Assembly (NCBI GenBank): GCA_017615655.1
Contig: JAFZZS010000005.1
Span: forward strand, 1,683 to 65,682
Reading direction: 5' to 3'
DNA from: Alphaproteobacteria bacterium
Lineage (GTDB): Bacteria; Pseudomonadota; Alphaproteobacteria; Rs-D84
Length of the DNA: 64,000 nt
Shown here: positions 62,837 through 64,000 of the stretch, in pieces
How the letters are laid out: the number at the start of each line of letters is the position of its first letter
Position numbering within the stretch: the first letter of the stretch is position 1
The notes under the pieces: generated by a model
The model's input: the letters and a program-made list of their open reading frames with translations, nothing else
The model's database searches: none
What the model was told of the DNA's origin: nothing
Translations under genes and position numbers: made by a program

Positions 62837-63787
62837 ATGTTACAAGAAAAAATAAAAAAAATAGAATCGTTAGAGGAATTACAGGAACTTTACGCATCTG
62901 TATTCGGTAAAAATGGTACAATGACCATGCGGTTAAAAGATATGAAAAATCTTAGTAACGATGAACGCGCCGAATTAAATCGTGAAAATACAGAATTGCG
63001 AGAGCTTTTTAAATCACGTCAAACAAAAATCGAAAATACTGTGTTAAATGCGGCTTTGGCAGGGCAGAAATTGGATGTGTCATTAAACGCGGAACCCAAA
63101 AATCGTGGAACAATTCATCCATTAACACAAAGTTTATATGAAATTTCTAAGATACTAGAATCTTTTGGTTACACACGTCATACTGGACCCGAAATCGAAG
63201 ATGATTGGCATAATTTTACCGCGTTGAATACACCATCATATCATCCGGCACGCGACATGCAGGACACGTTCTTTTTACCAAATGGCAATGTAATGAGAAC
63301 TCAAACTTCGGCAATTCAAGTTCGCACAATGGAAACCCAAGGTGTCCCAATTAAAATGTTTGGTATCGGTTCAACATACCGTAAAGAAATGGATGCCACA
63401 CATGGTCCTATGTTTGGTCAAATAGAAGGTTTATATATAGATAAAGATATTACACTTTCCGATTTAGTTGGTGATATACGCGCATTTCTTAAAAGATTTT
63501 TTAATTTAGACAATGTAGATTTGCGCATCCGTCCATCGTACTTTCCTTTTACTGAACCCAGTATAGAGGTTGATATGAAATGGAATGGTGAAAAATGGTT
63601 GGAAATAATGGGTGCAGGCATGGTACATCCAAATGTATTACGTAATTGTGGTGTTGATCCAGATAAATATCAGGGTTTTGCATTTGGTTTTGGCTGGGAT
63701 CGCTTGGCTATGTTGAAATATAATTTACCAGATTTGCGTGATTTATACGGTAATGATATTCGTTGGTTAAAATCATGTGGCTTTTAA
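62837..63787 (+). CDS. pheS: phenylalanine--tRNA ligase alpha subunit
   Basis: HPARDMQDTF, RTQTS, RPSYFPFTEPS, GFAFG.G.DRLAM. Confidence 0.97.
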   Translation: MLQEKIKKIESLEELQELYASVFGKNGTMTMRLKDMKNLSNDERAELNRENTELRELFKSRQTKIENTVLNAALAGQKLDVSLNAEPKNRGTIHPLTQSLYEISKILESFGYTRHTGPEIEDDWHNFTALNTPSYHPARDMQDTFFLPNGNVMRTQTSAIQVRTMETQGVPIKMFGIGSTYRKEMDATHGPMFGQIEGLYIDKDITLSDLVGDIRAFLKRFFNLDNVDLRIRPSYFPFTEPSIEVDMKWNGEKWLEIMGAGMVHPNVLRNCGVDPDKYQGFAFGFGWDRLAMLKYNLPDLRDLYGNDIRWLKSCGF

Positions 63788-63802
63788 TAATAGGGGCATA
63801 AA

Positions 63803-64000
63803 ATGAAATGGACATTTGATTGGTTGAAAGATTACCTAAAAACAGATTTATCTGCGATGGAAATTGCAGATACACTTACACGTACGGGGCTGGAAGTCGA
63901 AGATTTGATTGCACCTGTTGCACCGATTGCAGCAAAAATCGTTGAATGTCGCCCACACGAAAATAGTGACCATTTGCATGTGTTAAAGGTTGATGATGGG
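63803..64000 (+). CDS. pheT: phenylalanine--tRNA ligase beta subunit (partial, runs off window)
   Basis: MKWTFDWLKDYL...LT..GLEVE...HENSDHL.V..VD.G. Confidence 0.92.
   Translation, partial: MKWTFDWLKDYLKTDLSAMEIADTLTRTGLEVEDLIAPVAPIAAKIVECRPHENSDHLHVLKVDDG

Overview
AT-rich bacterial chromosome segment. The gene content (lipid A genes, virB3/virB4, A-U variant initiator tRNA, Zn-free bL36) suggests a reduced, host- or gut-associated alphaproteobacterium; this is inference. Housekeeping genes include lolCD, ftsQ, uvrB, aspS, ung, gyrB, lpxC/lpxK, ychF, dnaG, topA, mreC-mreD-mrdA-rodA and rpmI-rplT-pheS-pheT. There are three tRNAs (Thr-GGT, Met-CAT, fMet-CAT), dispersed type IVb pilus and T4SS genes, and many orphan proteins. 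Main signals: (1) a minimal T-box riboswitch upstream of aspS, with an ultrashort K-turn Stem I, a GAC (Asp) specifier and a canonical UGGCACC antiterminator; (2) a 3.5-kb island in tRNA-Met carrying a Xis-fused integrase, a DUF3800 protein, a partner protein and a convergent structured small RNA; (3) two tiny recombinase-less single-gene cassettes stacked at the tRNA-fMet 3' end; (4) an FtsA-Rpe fusion protein; (5) a probable oriC built from non-canonical TTWTYAACA boxes. All calls come from reading the sequence; no searches were run.
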